Part shown: positions 41,159 to 50,309 of the stretch, piece after piece | Layout: the number at the start of each line of letters is the position of its first letter | Position numbering within the stretch: position 1 is the first letter of the stretch | Assembly (NCBI GenBank): GCA_944390405.1 | Contig: CALXPS010000001.1 | Location: forward strand, 18,300-82,299 | Direction: 5' to 3' | Length of the DNA: 64,000 bases | DNA from: an uncultured Clostridia bacterium | GTDB lineage: Bacteria > Bacillota > Clostridia > TANB77 > CAG-508 | Made by a program: the position numbers and the translations under genes | The notes under the pieces: model-generated | The model's database searches: none | Told to the model about the DNA's origin: nothing | Seen by the model: only the letters and a program-made list of their open reading frames with translations

Positions 41159-43495
41159 ATGAGTAATGTAGAGTTGTTGTCTCCAGTTGGAGAATGGGAT
41201 TCATTGGTTGCAGCGGTGCAGAATGGGGCAAATGCGGTATATTTTGGGGCAAATGAATTTAATGCAAGAATGAATAGCAAGAACTTCAATAGAGAAGAAT
41301 TGAAAAGAGCAATAGAATATGCCAAATTAAGAAATGTAAAAACTAATTTGACATTAAATATTTTAATAAAGGATAAAGAGTTTGTGCAAGCAATAGAATT
41401 GGTTAAGTATGCATATGAATGTGGAATTGATGCTATAATTGTACAGGATTTAGGATTAGCAAGAGAGATTATAAAATTGTTTCCAGATTTAGATGTACAT
41501 AGTAGTACACAAATGACAGTATATAATATAGATGGTGTAAAAGAGATAGAAAAACTCGGCTTCAAAAGGTGTGTACTAGCTAGGGAACTTTCATTAGATG
41601 AGATTAGAAATATATGTAGTAATACAAATATAGAAATAGAAGTTTTTATACATGGAGCACTTTGCATATGCTATTCAGGCCAATGTTTAATGAGCAGTAG
41701 TATTGGAGGAAGAAGCGGAAATAGAGGAAAATGTGCAGGTACATGTAGATTACCATATACATTATTAAAGAACGAACATATGGTTGAAAAAGGACATTTA
41801 TTAAGTTCAAAAGATGTGTGCACACTAGATATATTGCCAGAACTAATATCAGCAGGAATAAAATCATTTAAAATAGAAGGGAGAATGAAATCGCCAGAAT
41901 ATGTTGGATTAGTTACATCAATATATAGAAAATATATAGATTTAGCAAATAGTAATAAAGAATATATAGTAGATGAAAAAGATAGAGAAAAGTTAATGCA
42001 GATATTTAATAGAGGAGGTTTTAGTACAGGTTATCTAAAAGGAAAATTAGGTAAAGAAATGATGTATAAGGATAAACCAAATCACATGGGGATATATATA
42101 GGAAAAGTTTTAAACTATAATTATAATAAAGGATATGTTAAGTTTAAAACAGAAAAAGAAATATTATTAGGAGATAGTATTTCTATAAATGATGCATCAT
42201 GTAGGATATCAGAATTAATGATAAGTAATAACAATATAAAGGTTGCAAATTTAGGAGAAATTGTAACATGTGGTAGAATAAATGGAAAAATACATGTTGG
42301 AGATAAAATATATAGAACAGTCTCAACAGCTCTAAACAAAGAAATAGAACAAATATCTCAAAAGGAAAATATCAAAAGAGAAATAGATTGTACAATTAGA
42401 ATAAAAGAAAAAGAACCTATTGAACTTTGTATAAAAGATAGGAAAATAGGAATATTAGTGAAAAAGATTGGTGCAATTCCAGAAAAAGCAGAGAAACAAG
42501 GACTTACTGTAGAAAGGATAAAAGAACAATTGTCAAAACTTGGCAATACAGTATTTAAAATAGCAAGTATTGATATAGAATTAGGTGATAAAGTAATAAC
42601 ATCAATAAGTAATATAAATGAAATACGTAGGGAAGCGGTGCAAGAGTTAGAAAAAGCAATAACACAAACATTTATGCGTAAAGAAATAAAAATAAATATG
42701 CCTTCACACGCATTAACTAAGAAGTTACCTAAAATAGTACAAGTAAGTTTGTGCTTAAATAATATGAGCGAAACTTTAAATTATGAAAAGCTAAATGGAG
42801 CGGATAATATATACATCCCACTAAGATTTTTCATTAATCCGAAATTTAAAAGTCAAATTCAAGTTCTAATGGATAAGTTTAATGTATTTTTACTTATGCC
42901 AACAATTAGCAAAGGAAACTATGAAAAAATAGATTTACAAAAAGTTTTAAAGAATAATATAAAAGGTGTTGTTATATCTAATTTATCACAAATAGAATAT
43001 TTTAATGGAATGGCAAAGATAGGAAATTACACATTAAATATTAGTAACAATTATACAATTAATGAACTTCAATCTCTAGGCATAACAAAATATATAACAT
43101 CACCAGAATTTGATAAATATACTATACAAAATTTAAACAACGATATAGACAAAGAGGTTATAGTATATGGTAGAACCCTTATTATGACAACAGAATATTG
43201 TGCAATAGGAACATATAAAAATTGTTCTGGAATTTGTGAGAATGGCAGATACAAGTTAAAAGACAGAATGGGTTTTGAATTTCCTATAATAACCGATAGA
43301 ATAAATTGTAATAACCTTATATATAATTCAAAAATAACATCTATTGAATGGAACGATTTAAATGTAAACTCAATAAGAATAGATATTTTAGATGAAAATA
43401 TAGAAGAGATAAATGAAATTATCAAAATACATAAAACTGGAAAACGAATGGAAGGCAAAGATTATACAAATGGAAATATAAATAGAGAAATTTAA
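41159..43495 (+). CDS. Peptidase U32 family protein (collagenase-like, long form)
   Basis: U32 signature region EIEVFIHGALCICYSGQCLMSS; conserved Cys cluster. Confidence 0.8.
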   Translation: MSNVELLSPVGEWDSLVAAVQNGANAVYFGANEFNARMNSKNFNREELKRAIEYAKLRNVKTNLTLNILIKDKEFVQAIELVKYAYECGIDAIIVQDLGLAREIIKLFPDLDVHSSTQMTVYNIDGVKEIEKLGFKRCVLARELSLDEIRNICSNTNIEIEVFIHGALCICYSGQCLMSSSIGGRSGNRGKCAGTCRLPYTLLKNEHMVEKGHLLSSKDVCTLDILPELISAGIKSFKIEGRMKSPEYVGLVTSIYRKYIDLANSNKEYIVDEKDREKLMQIFNRGGFSTGYLKGKLGKEMMYKDKPNHMGIYIGKVLNYNYNKGYVKFKTEKEILLGDSISINDASCRISELMISNNNIKVANLGEIVTCGRINGKIHVGDKIYRTVSTALNKEIEQISQKENIKREIDCTIRIKEKEPIELCIKDRKIGILVKKIGAIPEKAEKQGLTVERIKEQLSKLGNTVFKIASIDIELGDKVITSISNINEIRREAVQELEKAITQTFMRKEIKINMPSHALTKKLPKIVQVSLCLNNMSETLNYEKLNGADNIYIPLRFFINPKFKSQIQVLMDKFNVFLLMPTISKGNYEKIDLQKVLKNNIKGVVISNLSQIEYFNGMAKIGNYTLNISNNYTINELQSLGITKYITSPEFDKYTIQNLNNDIDKEVIVYGRTLIMTTEYCAIGTYKNCSGICENGRYKLKDRMGFEFPIITDRINCNNLIYNSKITSIEWNDLNVNSIRIDILDENIEEINEIIKIHKTGKRMEGKDYTNGNINREI

Positions 43496-43621
43496 AACAA
43501 ATTACTGATATAGTTGTAAAATTACTTCAAAAATAAAAATTCAAAAAAACAATTGTCCTAGATATTAAATTATGATATAATATGTAACATAAAAGCAGAA
43601 AAAAGAGGAAGGAAAAGAATT

Positions 43622-46225
43622 ATGGCAGAATTTTCACCTATGATGCAGCAATATTTAAGCATAAAAGAGCAATACAAGGATGCAATACTTTTCTTTAGAC
43701 TAGGTGATTTCTATGAAATGTTCTTTGAAGATGCAATACTGGCTTCAAGGGAATTAGAAATAACACTTACTGGTAAAGAATGTGGACAAGAAGAAAGAGC
43801 ACCAATGTGTGGTGTACCATTTCATGCGGTAGATAACTATGTTTCTAAATTAATTGAGAAAGGATATAAGGTAGCTATATGTGAACAGCTAGAGGACCCT
43901 AAAGTAACGAAGGGTATGGTAAAACGAGATGTTATAAGAATAGTAACACCAGGAACTGTAATTGAAAGTAATATGCTAGATGAAAAGAAAAATAATTACA
44001 TAATGTCTGTTTACAAGAAAGGAATTTATTTTGGAATAGCTATATGCGACGTATCTACTGGAGATTTCTACTCAACAAAAATAGTAGAAAATAATAATTT
44101 CGCAACACTATTAGACGAACTTGCAAAATTTGGCCCAGCAGAAATTGTTGTAAATAGCTTTTTATATAGCTCAACAGAAGAGATAAATGAAATAAAGAAA
44201 AGGTTTAATGTATATATAAATAATTTTGATGATGAAAATTTCAAAGATGATAAAGAAACATTGTTAAAAAATTATAACATTGAATATGAAAATAAAAAAA
44301 TAGAAAATCTAGATGATTATCAATTAGAAACTGTTGCTATAAATGGTTTGCTTGCATATTTAAGACAAACGCAAAAAATGAAACTAGAACATATAAACCA
44401 TATAAAGTTTTATAACCTACAAAAATATATGGCATTAGATATAACAGCAAGACGAAACCTAGAATTATTAGAAAGACAACATGATAAAGGCAAAAAAGGA
44501 ACTTTACTTTGGGTGTTAGACAAAACTTCAACATCTATGGGTGGAAGAATGCTTAGAAAATGGATAGGCGAGCCATTATTAGATGTTGGTGAAATAAATA
44601 GTAGGTTAGAAGCGGTAAAAGAATTAAAAGATAACAGTATTTTAAGAGGAGAATTACAACAAGTTTTAAAAAAAGTATATGATATAGAAAGATTAGTAGG
44701 TAAAATATCATATGGTAATAGTAATGCTAGAGAAATGAATGCATTAAAAAATTCATTAATGCAACTACCTTCAATAAAAGAATTACTAAAAGAAGCTAAT
44801 TCAGAATTACTTAAAAAATTAGAAATAAATTTAGATACATGTGAAGATTTGGCCAAACTAATAGATAGTGCAATTATAGATGATCCACCAATAACCATAA
44901 AAGAAGGTGGACTAATAAAAGAAGGTTATAATTCAGACGTAGACGAATACAAAAAAGCTTCAACAGAAGGTAAACAATGGCTTTTAGAATTGGAACAAAG
45001 GGAAAAAGAAACAACAGGAATAAAAAATCTAAAAATAGGATTTAACAAAGTATTTGGATATTTTATAGAAGTAACAAAATCAAATTTAAGTTTAGTACCA
45101 GATAGATATATAAGAAAGCAAACATTAACAAATGGAGAAAGATATATAACAGAAGAATTAAACGAGCTAGAAAGCAAAATTTTAGGAGCAGAAGAAAAAC
45201 TAATAAATTTAGAGTACAAGTTATTCATAGAATTGAGAAATATTTTAGCACAAAATATAATACGTTTGCAAAATACCGCAAATATAGTTGCTACATTAGA
45301 TGTACTTATATCTTTTAGTACTGTAGCAGAAGACATGAACTATACTTGTCCAATAGTAAATAATGACGGAGAAATTGATATAAAGAATGGTCGCCATCCT
45401 GTAATAGAAAAAATGATAGATTCTGGCTCATTTGTGGCAAATGATACATATTTAAATAAAGATACAGACCGCCTTTCTATAATTACAGGGCCAAATATGG
45501 CAGGAAAATCTACATATATGAGACAAGTTGCATTAATAACATTAATGGCACAAATAGGAAGTTTCGTACCTGCTTCATATGCAAAAATAGGTATAGTAGA
45601 TAAAATATTTACAAGAGTTGGTGCATCAGATGATTTAAGCATGGGGCAAAGTACATTCATGGTAGAAATGATGGAAGTTGCAACAATATTGAAAGAAGCA
45701 ACTGAAAATAGTTTAATAATACTAGACGAGATAGGCAGAGGAACATCAACATATGATGGATTATCAATAGCATGGGCAGTAGTAGAACACATAACAGACA
45801 AAACAAAATGTGGAGCAAAAACTTTATTTGCAACACATTATCATGAATTAACAGAACTAGAAAATAAATTAGAAGGCGTAAAAAATTACTCGATAGCTGT
45901 AAAAGAAAAAGGAGAAGATATAATTTTCTTAAGAAAAATAGTAAAAGGTGGAACAGATGAAAGCTACGGAATACATGTTGCAAAATTAGCAGGAGTGCCA
46001 AAAACAGTTGTAAAAAGATCAAACGAAATACTAAGAAGCCTAGAAAGAAAAAACATGCTAGGACAGAAAAAACAAGAAAACAAAAAACAACCAGAAGGAC
46101 AACTGGACTTTTATAATTATAAACTAGCTGAAATAGCTCATGAAATAGATAAAATAAATTTAAATGAATTAACACCGATAGACGCTCTTAATACGCTGAT
46201 GAAAATAAAAGAAAAGATGCAATAA
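43622..46225 (+). CDS. mutS: DNA mismatch repair protein MutS
   Basis: Mismatch-binding N-terminus; Walker A GPNMAGKST; STFMVEM; DEIGRGTSTYDG. Confidence 0.95.
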   Translation: MAEFSPMMQQYLSIKEQYKDAILFFRLGDFYEMFFEDAILASRELEITLTGKECGQEERAPMCGVPFHAVDNYVSKLIEKGYKVAICEQLEDPKVTKGMVKRDVIRIVTPGTVIESNMLDEKKNNYIMSVYKKGIYFGIAICDVSTGDFYSTKIVENNNFATLLDELAKFGPAEIVVNSFLYSSTEEINEIKKRFNVYINNFDDENFKDDKETLLKNYNIEYENKKIENLDDYQLETVAINGLLAYLRQTQKMKLEHINHIKFYNLQKYMALDITARRNLELLERQHDKGKKGTLLWVLDKTSTSMGGRMLRKWIGEPLLDVGEINSRLEAVKELKDNSILRGELQQVLKKVYDIERLVGKISYGNSNAREMNALKNSLMQLPSIKELLKEANSELLKKLEINLDTCEDLAKLIDSAIIDDPPITIKEGGLIKEGYNSDVDEYKKASTEGKQWLLELEQREKETTGIKNLKIGFNKVFGYFIEVTKSNLSLVPDRYIRKQTLTNGERYITEELNELESKILGAEEKLINLEYKLFIELRNILAQNIIRLQNTANIVATLDVLISFSTVAEDMNYTCPIVNNDGEIDIKNGRHPVIEKMIDSGSFVANDTYLNKDTDRLSIITGPNMAGKSTYMRQVALITLMAQIGSFVPASYAKIGIVDKIFTRVGASDDLSMGQSTFMVEMMEVATILKEATENSLIILDEIGRGTSTYDGLSIAWAVVEHITDKTKCGAKTLFATHYHELTELENKLEGVKNYSIAVKEKGEDIIFLRKIVKGGTDESYGIHVAKLAGVPKTVVKRSNEILRSLERKNMLGQKKQENKKQPEGQLDFYNYKLAEIAHEIDKINLNELTPIDALNTLMKIKEKMQ

Positions 46226-46245
46226 ATTGGCATCTTTTCTTTGTG
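46208..46245 (+). terminator. Rho-independent terminator overlapping the mutS stop
   Basis: GAAAAGATGC-aataaattg-GCATCTTTTC then TTTGTGTTTT. Confidence 0.75.
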
Positions 46246-46257
46246 TTTTCATCAGCG

Positions 46258-46298
46258 TTAATGAATAATGAATAGTGAATAGTGAATGATGAATAATT
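46258..46298 (+). repeat. Stop-codon-dense AT repeat, copy C (left inverted partner of D)
   Basis: TTAATGAATAATGAATAGTGAATAGTGAATGATGAATAAT. Confidence 0.8.
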
Positions 46299-46319
46299 TT
46301 TTTTACTTCTTTTACTTTT

Positions 46320-46712
46320 TTAATTTTTTGTTTTTTTGGATTTTATTGTGTTTAGTGTTGATATTAGCATTTTTTTTATGGATAGACATTTATTGATTAA
46401 ATTGTTGTATAGATTTAAGGAAATATAATTGGATTTTAATAATAATTTTATCCAATATTCTGTTTCTGCACATTCTTTTAATGCGATGTGCATTTTAGAA
46501 ATAAAATCAGAAGAACTAATAGCATAATTAGCTTCATTAATATTAGCACCTATACTAGTTGCACTACGAATAATCTGTTTAGAAATAATAAACTCTTTTT
46601 TATTTTTAACTAAAAAAATCTGCAATCTAATAACATCAGCTGCAAACTCTAAAGACTGCTCCAACAACGGATTCTCCCTCACAACACCCCCCCTTCCTTC
46701 GAAGAAGCCCAC
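46320..46712 (-). CDS. Four-helix-bundle protein of the 23S-rRNA-IVS / DGR Avd family; true start probably GTG ~46682 after GAAGGGGGGG
   Basis: LLEQSLEFAADVIRL...RSATSIGANINEA core typical of TIGR02436 / PF05635. Confidence 0.65.
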   Translation of the reverse strand: MGFFEGRGGVVRENPLLEQSLEFAADVIRLQIFLVKNKKEFIISKQIIRSATSIGANINEANYAISSSDFISKMHIALKECAETEYWIKLLLKSNYISLNLYNNLINKCLSIKKMLISTLNTIKSKKTKN

Positions 46713-46720
46713 CCAAAAAA

Positions 46721-46760
46721 ATTATTCACCATTCATTATTCACTATTCATTATTAATTAG
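46721..46760 (-). repeat. Stop-codon-dense AT repeat, copy D (inverted orientation)
   Basis: Reverse complement CTAATTAATAATGAATAGTGAATAATGAATGGTGAATAAT matches copies A-C. Confidence 0.8.
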
Positions 46761-46787
46761 AAAAAACGCCTGTTAAGGCGTTTTTTC
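46761..46787. terminator. Bidirectional terminator hairpin (AAAAAACGCC-TGTTA-AGGCGTTTTTTC) ending the minus-strand tRNA operon
   Basis: Perfect stem with A-run on one side and T-run on the other. Confidence 0.7.
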
Positions 46788-46788
46788 T

Positions 46789-46864
46789 TGGCTGGGGTGG
46801 GAGGACTCGAACCGCCGAAATGCCAGAGTCAAAGTCTGGTGCCTTACCACTTGGCTACACCCCA
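46789..46864 (-). tRNA. tRNA-Gln (anticodon TTG)
   Basis: Reverse complement TGGGGTGTAGCCAAGTGG... cloverleaf; anticodon loop CTTTGAC; CCA encoded. Confidence 0.8.
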
Positions 46865-46891
46865 ATATATAAATATTTAATTTGTAACTCG

Positions 46892-46969
46892 TGGGGTGGA
46901 AGATGGGACTCGAACCCACGGCCTCTGGTGCCACAAACCAGCGCTCTAACCAACTGAGCTACATCCACC
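46892..46969 (-). tRNA. tRNA-His (anticodon GTG) with extra 5' G(-1)
   Basis: Reverse complement GGTGGATGTAGCTCAGTTGG...; anticodon loop TTGTGGC; discriminator C; CCA encoded. Confidence 0.8.
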
Positions 46970-47131
46970 AGAAATTTCATGCTATTAATATAAGCACATG
47001 TACTATTTTAAATAATTTTTTCGAGTTTGTCAACACTTTTTAGAAAAAAAGTAAAAATAGTTGACTTTTTTTCTTTGTAATGATATGATTTTATCAAATG
47101 ATACATAAAACAAAGGAGGACATATCGAAAA

Positions 47132-48695
47132 ATGAGAAAAAATAGTGGAATAACTTTAATAATGTTAATAATATATATAATTTTAACTTTATTAGTTCTA
47201 GGTATGCTAAGTGTATTAGGAATGAATTTTAGAAAAAATTTAAATAGTACAAATGAGCAAACCATTCGTGATATTGAATTTGATAAATTAAATTTACAAT
47301 TATTAAAAGAAACAAAAACAGAAGGAAATGTAATAAATGAAAGTGAATCAAATTCAACTAAAATAGTTTTTTCTAACGGAAATGTATATACTTATAATGA
47401 AGCGGAACAAACAGTTTATTTAAATGAAAATATAAAAATAGCAGAACATATTGAAGCTTGTACATTTAAAATAAAGTCAGTAGAAACAGATGCTTTTAAT
47501 GAAACTAGAAACTATACAGATAAAAACGGAGATGTAGCTGTAATTCCAGCAGGATTTATGGTTTCTGGATTAGAAGATGAACAAACAATAGATACAGGGT
47601 TAGTAATATATGAAGCTGTGCCAACAAAAAAACAAAGATTAAATGTAATAGTTAAAGTAAACGACATGCAAAGGGTAACAGAATATGTTTTAATAAGTGA
47701 AGCTAGTGCTATAAACTGGAATGATGGAGCAGAAGTAGCAACAGCACAAACAACATATGACCAATTTGTATGGATACCAATATCACATGAACAAATAAAT
47801 AATATGTATATTTGCCAAGCAAAAACAGGTTCAAATGGAAATTGTAACATAACAGTAGAAAACGGACAAGCAAAATGCACAACCCACAATTCAAACCTAA
47901 TGGCAGGAAGACTATATGCTACATCTACTGGAGAAAAATTTGAACAAGGCTATACCGAAGTTTATGACACAACAGGAGAAGGACTAAGAGAGCCAGATGT
48001 AGTATCAATTTATGACAACGATAGCACGTATTTAAGCCAACTATCAAGTATACTAGGCTCAGGATACGATACAATGGAAAACTTCAAACAAAGTCTACAA
48101 CAAGAATATAACGAAGTAGTAAAAAGCGTATATGAAAACCAAGGATTTTATATAGGTAGATATGAAACAAGTGGAATGGTAAATAGTAACACAAATGCAA
48201 CAGTAAAATCAGTAGCAGGAACAAACATAGGAATAGGCAGTGTAACATGGTATAGAAGGTATGCCCAACAAAAGAAATATGCAGAAAACAACCAATTAAC
48301 TAGTGTAAAAAGTACAATGATACAAGGGGCGGCATACGACCAAGTAATGAAATTTGTAGAAAATGGAGAAAGACCAGATGGACAACCTTACAATATAACA
48401 ACAGCAGGAAATGTAGGACATGGTTCAAGTCAAGGTATAACAGGAACATATCAAACAGGAGGATTGAATTATCCAAGTTCAGCAACAGTACCATACAATG
48501 ACAAAGTAAAAAACATATACGACCTAGAAGGAAACGTATTTACGTGGACTACAGAGGCCCACTCTAGCAACTACAGGGTTGTCAGAGGTCGGTGGTTACG
48601 TCGGCAGCAATTCAGCTAGTTGTCGCAGCTACTGCAATCCGATCGGCAGCGACACCATTTACGGTTCTAGCCTCCAGCTTTACGTAGTTCTGTAA
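47132..48695 (+). CDS. Pilin-like protein with C-terminal FGE-sulfatase / C-type-lectin-fold domain, a DGR-target-like variable-region (VR) protein. It is frameshifted near 48590: the annotated frame stops at 48619 and the domain continues in the +1 frame to 48695
   Basis: N-terminus KNSGITLIMLIIY prepilin-like; EGNVFTWT...YRVVRGRW matches the GNVWEW...RVLRGGSW family motif; +1 frame 48582-48695 reads GGYVGSNSASCRSYCNPIGSDTIYGSSLQLYVVL with 16 of 36 NNC codons. Confidence 0.55.
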
Positions 48696-48827
48696 GCTAA
48701 TAGCGATACACCAATTACTGCCACGGACTAGTGGCATGGTAAAAAGTTTGAGTTCAAATGAAAAAAATAAAAAAATACCTCTTGCATATATTACAAATTT
48801 GTGGTAATATTAAGAGGTATTTGAAAT

Positions 48828-48902
48828 AGGGGTATAGTGTTAATGGTAGCACATCGGTCTCCAAAACCGCTTGTGAGGGTTCGAATCCTTCTACCCCTGC
48901 CA
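48828..48902 (+). tRNA. tRNA-Trp (anticodon CCA)
   Basis: AGGGGTATAGTGTTAATGG... cloverleaf; anticodon loop CTCCAAA; CCA encoded; TTGCAT-17-TAATAT promoter upstream. Confidence 0.85.
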
Positions 48903-48906
48903 GAGG

Positions 48907-48929
48907 AAAAACGCCGTGGGCGTTTTTTT
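48907..48929 (+). terminator. Rho-independent terminator after tRNA-Trp
   Basis: AAAAACGCC-gtg-GGCGTTTTTTT. Confidence 0.85.
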
Positions 48930-49040
48930 ATTGTATAGGAAAAATCGAAGATTTTTCCTATACAACAAGGTTAAGCTTCCTTGGTCTGTGCATATTTGCG
49001 AAGCAAAATACACATATGGCGAAGCCACTTTTCTTATGAA
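48923..49040. repeat. 118-bp conserved noncoding block copy 2 (perfect palindrome GTATAGGAAAAATC-GAA-GATTTTTCCTATAC)
   Basis: About 90% identity with 4162-4280; the ORF-track ORF 48916-49107 over it is not conserved in copy 1 (stop in frame), so it is noncoding. Confidence 0.7.
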
Positions 49041-49165
49041 TAGTGAAATAATGTTTTGGAAATTTTTTAGAATATATTTACAATTTGGGCTTGTTATGAT
49101 ATATTAGTTTTACAAATAGACTTTTAATAAATTACTAAATATGGTATAATAGAAAAGAGGAAAAC

Positions 49166-49489
49166 ATGGAAGAATTGAATATAAATAATATTAGAAGATT
49201 AGTTAAAGAAAACAAATTACGATGGACTAGACATGTAATTGTAAGATTATTACAAAGAGATATATCTCAATCAGACATAAAAGAATGCTTACAAAAAGGA
49301 GAGATAATAGAAATGTATGAGAAAAGCTATCCATATCCAAGTTGTTTAGTATATGGTATAGTAAAAGGAGATAAAATATTGCATACAGTTGTAGGATATG
49401 ATGGAGATAATCTATGGATAATAACAGCATATTACCCAAATAATATGGAGTGGGAAAATAATTTTAAGAAAAGAAGGGAGATTAAATAA
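49166..49489 (+). CDS. DUF4258 domain protein (toxin-like)
   Basis: LRWTRHVIVRLLQRDISQSDIKE...PSCLVYG...ILHTVVG...WIITAYYPN matches the DUF4258 core. Confidence 0.7.
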   Translation: MEELNINNIRRLVKENKLRWTRHVIVRLLQRDISQSDIKECLQKGEIIEMYEKSYPYPSCLVYGIVKGDKILHTVVGYDGDNLWIITAYYPNNMEWENNFKKRREIK

Positions 49490-49722
49490 TGGAAAATTGT
49501 TTTATGTGTAAAGGCACAATGGAAAAGAAAAATACTACATTTATGGTAGAATTAAATAATACGATTATAATTATAAAAAATGTTCCTTCACTTGTATGCA
49601 AACAATGTGGTGAAGTAGCATATGAAGATAAAATTGCTAGTCATTTAGAAAAACTAGTAAATACAGTAAAAAATGCAATTACAGAAATTACTGTAATTAA
49701 TTATACTGAAAAAGTTGCATAA
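49489..49722 (+). CDS. YgiT-type zinc-finger protein (MqsA-like antitoxin N-domain), partner of DUF4258
   Basis: CFMCKG...CKQCGE zinc ribbon; 1-nt overlap TAATG with the upstream gene. Confidence 0.6.
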   Translation: MENCFMCKGTMEKKNTTFMVELNNTIIIIKNVPSLVCKQCGEVAYEDKIASHLEKLVNTVKNAITEITVINYTEKVA

Positions 49723-49766
49723 CTAGTGTTAAAATATTAAACCTAAACCCAAATGTATTATTATAT

Positions 49767-49949
49767 TTGGGTTTTTGTATAAATGAGGTGATTTTTATGA
49801 CTGAACTTGATAAGAAAAGTTTAGAAAATGCAAAAAAATTATTTTCAAGTAAGCAAATTGATAATATTGAAGTAGGAACGGTTAAAGGATTACAACAAAT
49901 TCATAAATACTTATTTGATAATTTATATGAGTTTAAAATCTTTTTTTAA
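49767..49949 (+). pseudogene. Truncated N-terminal fragment of a Fic/Doc-family gene
   Basis: 60-aa ORF resembling a Fic N-terminal helix region; no Fic motif; followed by degenerate GC-rich sequence. Confidence 0.3.
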
Positions 49950-50309
49950 GGGAATTGATGCTTCATATTATTATGAAACTGATGAATAAAATAAATGAAA
50001 TTACCATTCAGACTTACAACCATGAAGTCCGCCAAATCTCGTCGGAGTTTCTATTTATCTAAATTTGAGCCCACGCCAGATACGCCTGTCGATGCTTTTC
50101 GGGGGTTCTCAAATTTATCTAAATAGAAAGCTCCTGCGTTTGGCTAGTTTGTGCTATTATTTAATTTGATACTGAAAGGTAACTAAATAAGCATAAAAAT
50201 TTCAAAAATAACTTGTATAAATTCGATATATATGATATAAATTAATGTAGGCAAATTATTGAATTTGTTTTAAGAAACGTTTAATTTTTTTTGGGGAGGA
50301 AATGTCCTT

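Noticed and set aside
36687-46760. CRISPR array hypothesis for the TGAATAG repeats
   Set aside because: Units are 7-8 bp, contiguous and without spacers. They are far too short for CRISPR repeats, and there are no cas genes.
48620-48760. Template repeat (TR) of the DGR located immediately downstream of the target gene
   Set aside because: Sequence downstream of 48695 shows no extended similarity to 48480-48695. The GC-rich stretch is explained as VR continuing in the +1 frame, not as a TR.
48916-49107. 63-aa ORF over the 118-bp conserved block near tRNA-Trp
   Set aside because: The homologous copy at 4162-4280 has an in-frame stop and different frame content. The conservation is at nucleotide level, not protein level, so it was called noncoding.
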